Shown here one piece after another: positions 1-9,428 of a stretch of DNA of 64,000 nt. Every line of letters starts with the position of its first letter. Position 1 is the first letter of the stretch. Source of the DNA: Candidatus Omnitrophica bacterium UBA6215 (GTDB lineage: Bacteria; Omnitrophota; Gorgyraeia; Pluralincolimonadales; Pluralincolimonadaceae); contig DISH01000001.1 of the NCBI GenBank assembly GCA_002421665.1, positions 69,410 through 133,409 on the forward strand, written 5' to 3'. The position numbers and the translations under genes were made by a program. The notes beneath the pieces were generated by a model. It searched no databases and was not told the DNA's origin. It was given only the letters and a program-made list of their open reading frames with translations.

Positions 1-474
<474 letters not shown>

Positions 475-497
475 ATCAGGGGCGGAGGCCCCATAAG

Positions 498-2030
498 ATG
501 GAAAAGATAATAATCTTCGATACAACGCTCCGCGATGGCGAACAATGCCCCGGCGCGTCGCTCGAGGCGCATGAGAAGCTCGAGATAGCGCAGCAGCTCG
601 TGCGGCTCAAGACGGATGTCATAGAGGCGGGTTTCCCGGTCTCATCGCCGGGAGACTTTGCCGCGGTGAAGACGATCGCGCAGAAGGTGAAGGGTCCGGT
701 CATATGCGGGCTTGCCAGATGCCTTAAGAAGGACATAGAAGCGGCCGGAGAGGCTATTAAGCCCGCTTCTAAGAAGCGCATACATGTCTTCCTGGCCACG
801 TCGAAGATCCATATGAAGTATAAGTTGAAGAAGGCCGAGGACGAAATAGTCCGCCTCGCGGTGGACGCGGTGAAACTTGCCCGCCGCTACACGGATGACG
901 TAGAGTTCTCTCCGGAGGATGCCTCGAGGAGCGAAAAGGACTTCCTCTACCGGGTTATCGAACAGGTAATAATCGCAGGCGCCTCTACCGTCAACATACC
1001 CGATACGGTCGGATACGCCATACCCGAGGAATTTGGCGGGTTGATACGCGATATAAAGAACCATGTCCCGAATATAGGCAGGGCGGTGATAAGCGTGCAT
1101 TGCCACAATGACCTCGGTTTGGGTGTAGCGAACTCTTTGGCGGCGATAAGGAACGGCGCCAGGCAGGTAGAGTGCACCATAAACGGGATTGGTGAGCGGG
1201 CCGGCAATGCCTCGATGGAAGAGATCGTCATGGCCGTTAAGACCAGGAGTGACCTCTTCGGCAACCTTTCAACAGGCATTGCGACGCAGGAGATATCGAA
1301 GACAAGCAGGCTCGTGTCCAAGTTGACCGGTATGATCATACAGCCGAACAAGGCGATAGTCGGCCAGAATGCGTTCGCGCATGAGTCCGGGATACATCAG
1401 GACGGTGTGTTGAAGAAGAGGACCACCTACGAGATAATGAGCCCCTGCGAGATAGGCTTGACGGCTTCGAGCCTTGTTTTGGGTAAACATTCAGGAAGGC
1501 ACGCTTTCGCGGAAAAGATGAAAAAGCTCGGGTATTCTCTAAGCGCGGCGCAGACCGATAAGGCTTTCGGGAAGTTCAAGGTTCTTGCCGATAAGAAGAA
1601 ATTCATATACGACGAGGACCTCGAGACCTTGATGGAAGAAGGCTCCGGCGGTTCTTCCGAGACCTGGAAACTCGATTCGTTCCGTACGGTTGCGTCAACG
1701 GAAGAGACCCCCGTGGCGACGGTTAAGCTCCGTTCCAAGGACGGCATAAAGACCGTTTCCGCGGAAGGCGACGGCCCTGTAGACGCCTGTTATAAGGCGA
1801 TTGATAAGATAACCAAGGTCAGAGGTGAATTGGCGGATTACTCGTTGCAGTCCGTTACGAAAGGCAAGGATGCGATGGGAGAAGTCACGGTGCGGCTTCG
1901 CTCAAAGGACAAGATCGTCCTTGGAAAATCCGCTTCAACGGATGTCATAGAGGCCAGTGTCAAGGCATACCTTAATGCTGTCAATAAACTGGTCCATAAG
2001 GAAAAGAAGAGATTGAGAATTGAGATCTAA
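498..2030 (+). CDS. leuA: 2-isopropylmalate synthase (LeuA/CimA family; could be citramalate synthase)
   Basis: Contains IIFDTTLRDGEQ, HCHNDLG and HESGIHQDG motifs plus a C-terminal LeuA regulatory domain. It sits adjacent to ilvC. The ATG at 498 follows a GGAGG-like RBS; the ORF track's first ATG at 459 would overlap ilvC. Confidence 0.8.
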   Translation: MEKIIIFDTTLRDGEQCPGASLEAHEKLEIAQQLVRLKTDVIEAGFPVSSPGDFAAVKTIAQKVKGPVICGLARCLKKDIEAAGEAIKPASKKRIHVFLATSKIHMKYKLKKAEDEIVRLAVDAVKLARRYTDDVEFSPEDASRSEKDFLYRVIEQVIIAGASTVNIPDTVGYAIPEEFGGLIRDIKNHVPNIGRAVISVHCHNDLGLGVANSLAAIRNGARQVECTINGIGERAGNASMEEIVMAVKTRSDLFGNLSTGIATQEISKTSRLVSKLTGMIIQPNKAIVGQNAFAHESGIHQDGVLKKRTTYEIMSPCEIGLTASSLVLGKHSGRHAFAEKMKKLGYSLSAAQTDKAFGKFKVLADKKKFIYDEDLETLMEEGSGGSSETWKLDSFRTVASTEETPVATVKLRSKDGIKTVSAEGDGPVDACYKAIDKITKVRGELADYSLQSVTKGKDAMGEVTVRLRSKDKIVLGKSASTDVIEASVKAYLNAVNKLVHKEKKRLRIEI

Positions 2031-2034
2031 AAAG

Positions 2035-2895
2035 ATGAAAGGGCATCCAAGGGTATTCGGGGTGGTCGGTTACCCGATAAAGCACTCGCTGTCGCCGCAT
2101 TTTCAAAATGCGGCGCTCGCTTGTCTGGGCATTAACGCGGTGTATATTTCTTTTGAGATAGCGCCCGCTGGCCTCAAAGGGGCGATCCCGGCTTTCAAGG
2201 GCCTTGGCATCCGGGGGTTGAACATCACCATTCCGCACAAGCAGGCCGTGATACCTTTGCTTGACGGTATTTCGCCGGAGGCAAAAGGAATAGGAGCCGT
2301 AAATACCGTTGTGTTCAAAGCAGGCAGGACAAAAGGATACAATACCGACGGAGAGGGGTTCATCAGGTCGCTTAAGAGCGATCTTAGATTCGACCCGGAA
2401 GGCAAAGCGGTCCTCCTATACGGTTGCGGCGGGGCGGCGCAGGCTGTGTCATTTGTCTTGGCAAGGGAAGGCGCGGCTTCCATCAGGTTTACCGATGTGG
2501 ACACTAAACGGGCTAAGGCCCTTGCCGCAAAGACGGGGAAAATCTTTCCGGGATGTAAGACTAAAGCGCTGCCGTTCGTGAAATCGAATATAGATAATGA
2601 GGTCCTTGCTTCGGACCTGCTGGTTAACACCAGTCCAGTGGGGATGCATAAAGGGGACCCGTGCATAGTAAGCCCCAAAGCCCTCCATAAAGGCCTGGCG
2701 GTATATGACATAGTCTACAATCCCCCCGCCACGCCGGTTTTGAAGGAAGCGAAAAAACGAGGACTCAAAGCGATGAACGGGCTCGGGATGCTGCTTTACC
2801 AGGGTGCCATATCTTTTGAACTTTTTACGGGGAAAAAGGCGCCGATAAAGGTCATGCGCGCCGCATTGAACAGGGCGGTCAGATGCTGTCATTGA
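2035..2895 (+). CDS. aroE: shikimate 5-dehydrogenase
   Basis: VVGYPIKHSLSP, NITIPHK and GYNTDGEGF motifs are typical of AroE. The start is ambiguous between 2020 and 2035. Confidence 0.85.
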   Translation: MKGHPRVFGVVGYPIKHSLSPHFQNAALACLGINAVYISFEIAPAGLKGAIPAFKGLGIRGLNITIPHKQAVIPLLDGISPEAKGIGAVNTVVFKAGRTKGYNTDGEGFIRSLKSDLRFDPEGKAVLLYGCGGAAQAVSFVLAREGAASIRFTDVDTKRAKALAAKTGKIFPGCKTKALPFVKSNIDNEVLASDLLVNTSPVGMHKGDPCIVSPKALHKGLAVYDIVYNPPATPVLKEAKKRGLKAMNGLGMLLYQGAISFELFTGKKAPIKVMRAALNRAVRCCH

Positions 2896-3662
2896 TCATC
2901 TATGTATTTGTTTTCATGTTCGGGTCGATAGTAGGCAGTTTTTTGAACGTGTGCATACACAGGCTGCCGCGCTGCGAATCCATTGTCTTTCCCGCGTCGC
3001 ATTGCCCGCAGTGCAAAAGGCCGTTGCCATGGTATCTTAATATACCTTTTGTAAGTTATATAATGCTGGGCGGAAGGTGCGCTTTTTGCAAGAGCAGGAT
3101 ATCTTTGCGCTATTTAGAGGTAGAAGGCCTGACCGCTTTTATCTTTACGGTCCTGTATTGGAGGTTTGGTCCGAGCCCGGAATTTTTCATATATACGGCG
3201 CTCTCATGCGTGCTTATCTTGATATCTTTTATAGATATCGAGCATTGGATAATACCCGATGAATTGAGTGTTCCCGGGATCGTCGCCGGCCTTTTGATAA
3301 GCTTTTTTTACCCGAAGATCCAGGGGGAGGTCTCGAGGCTCGCGGCGTTAGGCAGCTCGTTCTTCGGCATAGTGTTCGGTTTTATCTCCCTTTACCTGAT
3401 AGGACTTTTGGGGAAGTTATTATATAAGAAGGAGGCGATGGGAGGGGGAGACCTCATGCTGCTTATGCTGATAGGCTCGTTCCTCGGGTTGAAGCTTACC
3501 ATAGTCGCTTTTTTCGTGGCTCCGGTGTTCGGTTCCCTTGTGGGAATACCGAAATTGCTGAAGAAAAAACAGGATATAATACAGTATGGGCCTTTCCTGG
3601 CGATAGCAGCTTTTATATGCATAATCTTCAGGGACGATATCCTTTCATTTTTTCCATTATAG
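2883..3662 (+). CDS. pilD: type IV prepilin peptidase (A24 family, PilD/GspO-like)
   Basis: An N-terminal C-x-x-C...C-x-x-C zinc motif (CPQCKRP...CAFCKS) is followed by multiple TM helices and a GGGD-containing catalytic region. Confidence 0.8.
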   Translation: MLSLIIYVFVFMFGSIVGSFLNVCIHRLPRCESIVFPASHCPQCKRPLPWYLNIPFVSYIMLGGRCAFCKSRISLRYLEVEGLTAFIFTVLYWRFGPSPEFFIYTALSCVLILISFIDIEHWIIPDELSVPGIVAGLLISFFYPKIQGEVSRLAALGSSFFGIVFGFISLYLIGLLGKLLYKKEAMGGGDLMLLMLIGSFLGLKLTIVAFFVAPVFGSLVGIPKLLKKKQDIIQYGPFLAIAAFICIIFRDDILSFFPL

Positions 3663-3673
3663 GAGGTTAGAAG

Positions 3674-4720
3674 ATGTTGAGATACCTTACGGCGGGCGAA
3701 TCGCACGGTAAGTTCCTTTTGGGTATATTGGAAGGGATGCCTTCCGGCTTGAAGGTTGATAAGGGTACTATAAACCTCGAACTCAAGCGCAGGCAGTCCG
3801 GTTTCGGCAGGGGCGCCAGGATGGCCATAGAACAGGACAGCGTCCAGATCCTGTCCGGACTGCGTAAAGGCGCTACCATAGGAAGCCCGATAGCCCTGCT
3901 TATCGAGAATAAGGATTTCTCCATAGACACGCTTCCTTCGATAACACGGCCCCGTCCGGGACACGCGGACCTTTCCGGAGCGATGAAATACAACACTTCG
4001 GATGTCCGCGATATACTTGAAAGGGCGAGTGCGCGCGAGACCGCGATGCGGGTAGCCATAGGCGGCCTGTGCAAGATACTGCTCGACGAATTCGGGATAA
4101 GGGTATCAAGCCATGTTATAGAGATAGGCGGTGAGTCGAAGGACAGGGCAATGCTCAAGAAGGTTGAAGAGTGCGCCAGGTCCGGTGATACCCTGGGCGG
4201 GATTTGCGAAATAGCCGCGGCCGGGCTTCCGGCAGGATTGGGCAGCCATGTCTTCCCGGACAGGAGGCTTGACGCCAGGATAGCCGGTGCCATGATGTCG
4301 ATCCAGGCAATAAAGGGCGTGGAGATAGGTCTTGGTTTTACTGCTGCCCGGCTGCCGGGTTCTAAGGTCCACGATGAGATAATTTTCGACAGGAAGAAAG
4401 GGTTTTCGAGGAAGACCAACAACTCCGGCGGGCTCGAAGGAGGCATGACCAACGGAGAGCCGGTCATCGTCAGGATCGCTATGAAACCGATAGCCACGCT
4501 TGGCAAACCGCTCGAATCCGTGGATATTAAAACGAAAAAGAAGGTCGCCGCCCAGGTCGAAAGGCATGATGTCTGTGCTGTCCACGCGGCTGCGGTGGTA
4601 GCGGAAGCGGTCCTTGCCTTGGAGCTGGCCATGGCTGTTTCAGAGAAATTCGGCGGAGACAGTATTACCGAGATGAAGCGTAATTTTGACGGTTATGTCG
4701 AACAGGTGAGAGATTTTTAG
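3674..4720 (+). CDS. aroC: chorismate synthase
   Basis: MLRYLTAGESHG... and GFGRGARM are the classic AroC N-terminus. A strong AGGAGG RBS lies upstream. Confidence 0.9.
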   Translation: MLRYLTAGESHGKFLLGILEGMPSGLKVDKGTINLELKRRQSGFGRGARMAIEQDSVQILSGLRKGATIGSPIALLIENKDFSIDTLPSITRPRPGHADLSGAMKYNTSDVRDILERASARETAMRVAIGGLCKILLDEFGIRVSSHVIEIGGESKDRAMLKKVEECARSGDTLGGICEIAAAGLPAGLGSHVFPDRRLDARIAGAMMSIQAIKGVEIGLGFTAARLPGSKVHDEIIFDRKKGFSRKTNNSGGLEGGMTNGEPVIVRIAMKPIATLGKPLESVDIKTKKKVAAQVERHDVCAVHAAAVVAEAVLALELAMAVSEKFGGDSITEMKRNFDGYVEQVRDF

Positions 4721-5221
4721 ATGGGCAATATTATCCTGGTAGGATTCATGGGGACCGGGAAGACCACCGTGGGCAAGGCGCTTGCAAAGCGCCTCGGCTA
4801 CAGGTTTGTCGACATGGACGACATAATAGAGGAACGCGAGGGGATGAAGATTTCCGAGATATTCGAAAAAAAAGGCGAACAGTACTTCAGGCGAGTAGAA
4901 AGCGAGGTAGCCGCAGATATCCCGTTGCGATCGGGCCTTGTGGTTGCCGCGGGAGGAGGTGCTGTCATTAACGAAGAGAACGTAAGGAACATGAAGAGGA
5001 ACGGGATCATGTTCTGTCTTTTTGCGAGTCCCGAGAGGATATTCGAGAGGACCAAAGGCCACACTCACAGGCCGCTGCTTAATGTGGGCGATCCTCTGGG
5101 AAAGATATCCGAGCTGCTTGCCAGGCGCGCCGAATACTATGCGCGCGCGGACCACAGGATAGACACCACAGACCTGTCGGTCAATGAGGTTGTAGACAGG
5201 ATAGAGGAGCATCTTAAGTGA
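4721..5221 (+). CDS. aroK: shikimate kinase
   Basis: Walker A GFMGTGKTTVGK is present and the size is about 166 aa. Confidence 0.85.
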   Translation: MGNIILVGFMGTGKTTVGKALAKRLGYRFVDMDDIIEEREGMKISEIFEKKGEQYFRRVESEVAADIPLRSGLVVAAGGGAVINEENVRNMKRNGIMFCLFASPERIFERTKGHTHRPLLNVGDPLGKISELLARRAEYYARADHRIDTTDLSVNEVVDRIEEHLK

Positions 5222-6315
5222 CCGATCTCGAATACCTGATAGCTCTTAACTCGGTGCCCGATATAGGGATCATAAGGATAAAGAACCTGCTGGAACGCTT
5301 CGGCGGTTTTGAAGAAATATTCAGGGCTTCCCGTAAGCAACTTATTGAAACGGATAAGATCGGCCCGGCGATAGCCGATGCCGTTATGGCTTGCGACAGA
5401 CTAAAGATTGTCGAGCGCGAGATTAAACTTGCAGAGTTGTCCGGAGCGCGGATAATGTCATATCTTGACGCTGATTATCCGTTGAGCCTTAAACAGATAT
5501 ATGATCCTCCGGCGATATTGTATGTAAAAGGAGAGATTAGGCCGGAAGACGCCAATTCCGTGGCTATCGTAGGTTCCCGGAGGGCCAGCCGTTACGGCCT
5601 CCAGACCGCGGAGAGGTTGGGCATGGAATTTGCCGCGAGGGGGATAACCGTCATATCGGGTCTTGCCAGGGGCATAGATGCCGCAGGGCACAAGGGCGCC
5701 CTTAGGGCCAAGGGCAGGACCATAGCGGTCTTAGGCAGCGGCCTTGCGCAGATATACCCCTCCGAACACCTACGCCTGGCGGGTGAGATAACCGGCAATG
5801 GGGCTATAGTGTCGGAATTCCCGATGGCGTGCGGGCCTCACCGGGAGAACTTCCCCAGAAGGAACAGGATAATAAGCGGGTTGTCTCTGGGTATAGTAGT
5901 TGTTGAGGCGGCGAAGAATTCCGGAGCCCTTATAACTACGGATTTCGCGCTTGAACAGGGAAGGGAACTCTTCGCAGTCCCGGGACAGGCATGTTCGCCC
6001 GTATCCAGAGGGACCAACGCGCTCATCAGGCAGGGTGCTAAGCTTACCGAATCCGCGGATGATGTGATCGAGGAACTCGGCGAGGTTCTAAAGAGCAGGT
6101 TGGTTCCTTCCCGTCCGGATTCGGCGGCTCTCGAGCTGCGCGGTGCCGAGAAAAAAGTGTTCGATCTGCTGGGGGGCGGGCCGGTGTCCGTCGACGAGAT
6201 AATAGATGAGACCGAATTGTCTGTTCCGGAAGCCTCGGTACTGCTTACGGGGCTGGAACTTAAGGGATTGGTAAAACGGCTCCCGGGACAGTCGTACGCA
6301 AGGAAAGATATATGA
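5218..6315 (+). CDS. dprA: DNA processing protein DprA (Smf)
   Basis: GSRRAS...GLARGIDAAGH is the Rossmann-like DprA core. The GTG start overlaps the aroK stop (GTGA). Confidence 0.85.
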   Translation: MTDLEYLIALNSVPDIGIIRIKNLLERFGGFEEIFRASRKQLIETDKIGPAIADAVMACDRLKIVEREIKLAELSGARIMSYLDADYPLSLKQIYDPPAILYVKGEIRPEDANSVAIVGSRRASRYGLQTAERLGMEFAARGITVISGLARGIDAAGHKGALRAKGRTIAVLGSGLAQIYPSEHLRLAGEITGNGAIVSEFPMACGPHRENFPRRNRIISGLSLGIVVVEAAKNSGALITTDFALEQGRELFAVPGQACSPVSRGTNALIRQGAKLTESADDVIEELGEVLKSRLVPSRPDSAALELRGAEKKVFDLLGGGPVSVDEIIDETELSVPEASVLLTGLELKGLVKRLPGQSYARKDI

Positions 6316-8537
6316 TAAAGATATATGTGAACGGAAAAGAGATGCAGGTCAAAGAAGGCATTAGCATAACCGCTCTGTTAGCTGAGCTAAAGGCCGACGT
6401 CAAATACGCGGCCGTGGAACTCAACCTTCAGATACTCGACAGGGCCTCTTACGCTTCGTCACATCTTAAAGACGGCGACAATATAGAGATCATCCTGCCC
6501 GTAGGGGGAGGTTCGCAGGAGGCGCTTGTCATAGTCGAGTCACCGGCCAAGGCCAAGACCATCGAAAAGTTCCTGGGCAAGGGTTTCCTCGTACGTTCTT
6601 CCATGGGGCATATAATAGACCTGCCCATGAGGAAGATGGGGGTTGATATAGAGAATAATTTCGAGCCCAGCTATGTAGTGATATCGAAAAAGAAAAAATT
6701 GCTCAGCGAGCTCAAGAGCGAGGCCAGGGACAAGGATATCATCTATATCGCGACCGACCCCGACCGCGAGGGCGAAGCTATAGGATGGCATCTTGCTTCG
6801 CAGCTTGGCAAGAACAAGGAAGTCAAGCGGGTCGTTTTTCACGAGATAACCAAGAAGGCCATACTTGAGGCATTCGAGAATCCCGCAGAGATAGACATCA
6901 AGCTTGTAAACGCGCAGCAGGCCCGCCGTGTAATTGACAGAATAGTCGGATACTCCCTTAGCCCGTTGCTCTGGAAGAAGATAACTCGCGGGTTGAGCGC
7001 CGGCAGGGTCCAGTCCATAGCGGTAAAAATGATAGTCGACCGCGAACGCGAGATACAGGCATTCGTCCCGCAGGAATACTGGGAGCTTGAGGCAGAGCTT
7101 AAGAAGGGCAAGGACCGAAAGACATTTTTCGCTCAGCTCGACAAGATAGACGATAAGAAGGCCGGGATAAAAGACAAAGCCGCCGCCGACGGGATATTGT
7201 CGGAACTCCAAGGGGCTGAGTACCGGGTCAAGGATATAAAACAGACCGAGAAGAAGCTGAACCCTCAGGCGCCGTTTACCACGTCCAAGATGCAGCAGGA
7301 GGCATTCAACAAACTGCATTTCAGGGCAGGCAAGACGATGAAAATAGCGCAGCAGCTTTATGAAGGCCTCGATATAGGCAAGGAAGGCACCGTGGGCCTT
7401 ATCACTTATATGAGGACCGATTCGGTAAAGGTCGCTTTTTCCGCTATCGAGGAAGCGAGGTTCTATATCAAGGACAAGTTCGGCGCGGATTACCTGCCTT
7501 CCGCGGCCAATGAATATAAATCCAAGAAGGCCGCCCAAGAGGCCCACGAGGCGATAAGGCCGACTTCCGTTTCGAGGGAGCCCGATTCAATAAAGGAATA
7601 CCTCTCGCAGGACCAGTATCGGCTGTATAAGCTCGTTTGGTCGAAGTTCGTCGCCAGCCAGATGAAGCCCGCTTTACTGTCCGTTACATCGGTAGATATA
7701 ATCGCGGGGCGTTGTATGTTCAGGGCGTCAGGCACTTCGGTAGTCTTTTCCGGTTTCAAGGCCGCCTATGATATAGAGGAAGAGGGCGAGGACAAGGAAA
7801 AGACGAAGAAGGCCTATCTCCCCAAGCTTGAGGCAGGAGAAGTCCTTGAACTGATAAAACTGGACCCTACACAGCATTTCACGAAGCCGCCGCCAAGGTA
7901 TACCGATGCCTCTCTCGTAAAGGCCTTGGAAGAAGACGGCATAGGCCGCCCTTCGACATACGCCCCTACGATCGAGACGATAGTTGCGCGTTATTATATA
8001 AGACGCGAAGGTTCTGCCCTTTGGCCGACCGAACTCGGCATAGTTGTTAACGATCTTCTTACCAAGAGCTTCCCGGTAATAATCGACGAGGAGTTCACAG
8101 CTAAGATGGAGGAGGAGCTCGACGAGATAGAAGAGGGCAAAGTGGAGTGGCCGCAGGCGCTAAAGGATTTTTACGGGCCGTTCTCGCAATGGCTTTCTAA
8201 GGCCCAGATAGAGATGAAAGAAGTAAAGAAGGATGTTGAGGAACTTGACGAAGTATGCGAAAAATGCGGCCGGAAGATGGTGGTAAAGTGGGGCCGCCGC
8301 GGGAAATTCAAGAGTTGCTCAGGTTTTCCCGAATGCAAGAACGCCAAGCCTATGGTCACCACCGGTATTAAGTGCCCCGAGCCCGGATGTGACGGTGAGC
8401 TTGTGGAACGCCGGTCGCGCAGGGGGGCGTTCTACGGATGTTCCAGGTTCCCGAAATGCCGCCATGTGGAGAACAAACCCAAGGTTACCGAAGGCGGGCT
8501 TCCGCCCGAAGAGGGTAAACAGGGATCGCGGGAGTAA
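6312..8537 (+). CDS. topA: DNA topoisomerase I carrying an in-frame N-terminal ThiS/MoaD-like beta-grasp domain (aa 1-67, ending VGGG)
   Basis: Residues 1-67 (MIKIYVNGKEMQV...DGDNIEIILPVGGG) have the ThiS sulfur-carrier pattern with a terminal GGG. They are followed immediately by SQEALVIVESPAKAKTIEKFLG, the canonical TopA Toprim N-terminus. There is no stop and no in-frame ATG/GTG/TTG between the two parts. The C-terminus carries zinc-ribbon repeats (CEKCGRKM..., CPEPGCDGEL...). Confidence 0.85.
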   Translation: MIKIYVNGKEMQVKEGISITALLAELKADVKYAAVELNLQILDRASYASSHLKDGDNIEIILPVGGGSQEALVIVESPAKAKTIEKFLGKGFLVRSSMGHIIDLPMRKMGVDIENNFEPSYVVISKKKKLLSELKSEARDKDIIYIATDPDREGEAIGWHLASQLGKNKEVKRVVFHEITKKAILEAFENPAEIDIKLVNAQQARRVIDRIVGYSLSPLLWKKITRGLSAGRVQSIAVKMIVDREREIQAFVPQEYWELEAELKKGKDRKTFFAQLDKIDDKKAGIKDKAAADGILSELQGAEYRVKDIKQTEKKLNPQAPFTTSKMQQEAFNKLHFRAGKTMKIAQQLYEGLDIGKEGTVGLITYMRTDSVKVAFSAIEEARFYIKDKFGADYLPSAANEYKSKKAAQEAHEAIRPTSVSREPDSIKEYLSQDQYRLYKLVWSKFVASQMKPALLSVTSVDIIAGRCMFRASGTSVVFSGFKAAYDIEEEGEDKEKTKKAYLPKLEAGEVLELIKLDPTQHFTKPPPRYTDASLVKALEEDGIGRPSTYAPTIETIVARYYIRREGSALWPTELGIVVNDLLTKSFPVIIDEEFTAKMEEELDEIEEGKVEWPQALKDFYGPFSQWLSKAQIEMKEVKKDVEELDEVCEKCGRKMVVKWGRRGKFKSCSGFPECKNAKPMVTTGIKCPEPGCDGELVERRSRRGAFYGCSRFPKCRHVENKPKVTEGGLPPEEGKQGSRE

Positions 8538-8539
8538 AT

Positions 8540-9415
8540 GTGTTTGACAGATATGTGGAGAAGTTCATAAGGTATCTTGAGATCGAGCGTAACGCCTCAA
8601 AACATACGCTCGTGAACTATTCCATTGACCTTAAGTCCTTGAGTGAGTTCCTCAAGGATGAGCCTATAGAAAAAGTGGATTATGTAGTGTTGCGCCGCTA
8701 CCTGGCCAGCCTGAAAGAGCTGAACCTTTCGAAGGTTTCGATAGCCAGGAAGATAGCTTCGATAAGGTCTTTCTTCAAGTTCCTGTTCAGGGAAGGCATA
8801 ATAAAGGCCAATCCGGCATCTTCCCTGTCGACCCCGAAAAGGGACAAACACCTGCCCAAATTCCTTGATGAAAAGGAGATCGTGCTTTTGCTTGAGTCTC
8901 CCGGCAAGGAGGATGAATCCGGCCTAAGGGACGCGGCCATCCTGGAGACGCTCTATTCGACCGGGATAAGGGTGAGCGAGCTGGTAGGTTTGAACATCGG
9001 CAGTGTCGACCAGATCGGCGGGGTCATAAAAGTATTGGGCAAGGGCAAGAAGGAGAGGATCGTGCCTATAGGCGACCGCGCCCTGCAGGCGGTAAGGGAT
9101 TATCTGAAAAAACGGCGTTTAGCCGGCGGAAAAGATGACCGCGCCCTTTTCTTTAACAAGAACGGGGGCAGGCTCACCGACCGCTCGGTCAGGAGGATAA
9201 TAAATAAATACATTCTCAAGACGAGTATCCAGCAGAAGATATCTCCTCATACCTTGCGCCACTCTTTCGCCACGCATCTTTTAGACCATGGGGCGGACTT
9301 GAGGAGCGTACAAGAGCTGCTGGGCCATGCTAACCTTTCCACGACACAGATCTATACGCACATAACCACAGAGAGGCTTAAGTCCGCATACGAAAAGACT
9401 CATCCGCGGGCTTGA
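8540..9415 (+). CDS. tyrosine recombinase XerC/XerD family
   Basis: An N-terminal SAM-like core-binding domain precedes a C-terminal catalytic region HTLRHSFATHLL...LGHANLSTTQIYTH. The start codon is GTG. Confidence 0.85.
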   Translation: MFDRYVEKFIRYLEIERNASKHTLVNYSIDLKSLSEFLKDEPIEKVDYVVLRRYLASLKELNLSKVSIARKIASIRSFFKFLFREGIIKANPASSLSTPKRDKHLPKFLDEKEIVLLLESPGKEDESGLRDAAILETLYSTGIRVSELVGLNIGSVDQIGGVIKVLGKGKKERIVPIGDRALQAVRDYLKKRRLAGGKDDRALFFNKNGGRLTDRSVRRIINKYILKTSIQQKISPHTLRHSFATHLLDHGADLRSVQELLGHANLSTTQIYTHITTERLKSAYEKTHPRA

Positions 9416-9428
9416 GGTATAAAATAAA

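Noticed and set aside
3667-4632. 321-aa ORF on the minus strand antisense to aroC, and similar long antisense ORFs at 6540-7547, 37606-38607, 39882-40907, 59075-60055 and 60219-61130
   Set aside because: Each lies entirely inside a + strand gene with unmistakable homology (aroC, topA, purA, hppA, nusA, infB). Their translations are low-complexity and Ala/Arg/Pro-rich with no recognisable domains. They are typical spurious antisense frames in a GC-rich coding strand.
6480-6540. The possibility that the ThiS-TopA fusion is just a mis-called start of topA
   Set aside because: This was not rejected as a finding, but the trivial explanation was. No ATG, GTG or TTG lies in frame between the GGG and the conserved ALVIVESPAKAK, so the fusion is not a mis-called start; a missed stop from sequencing error can only be excluded with read data.
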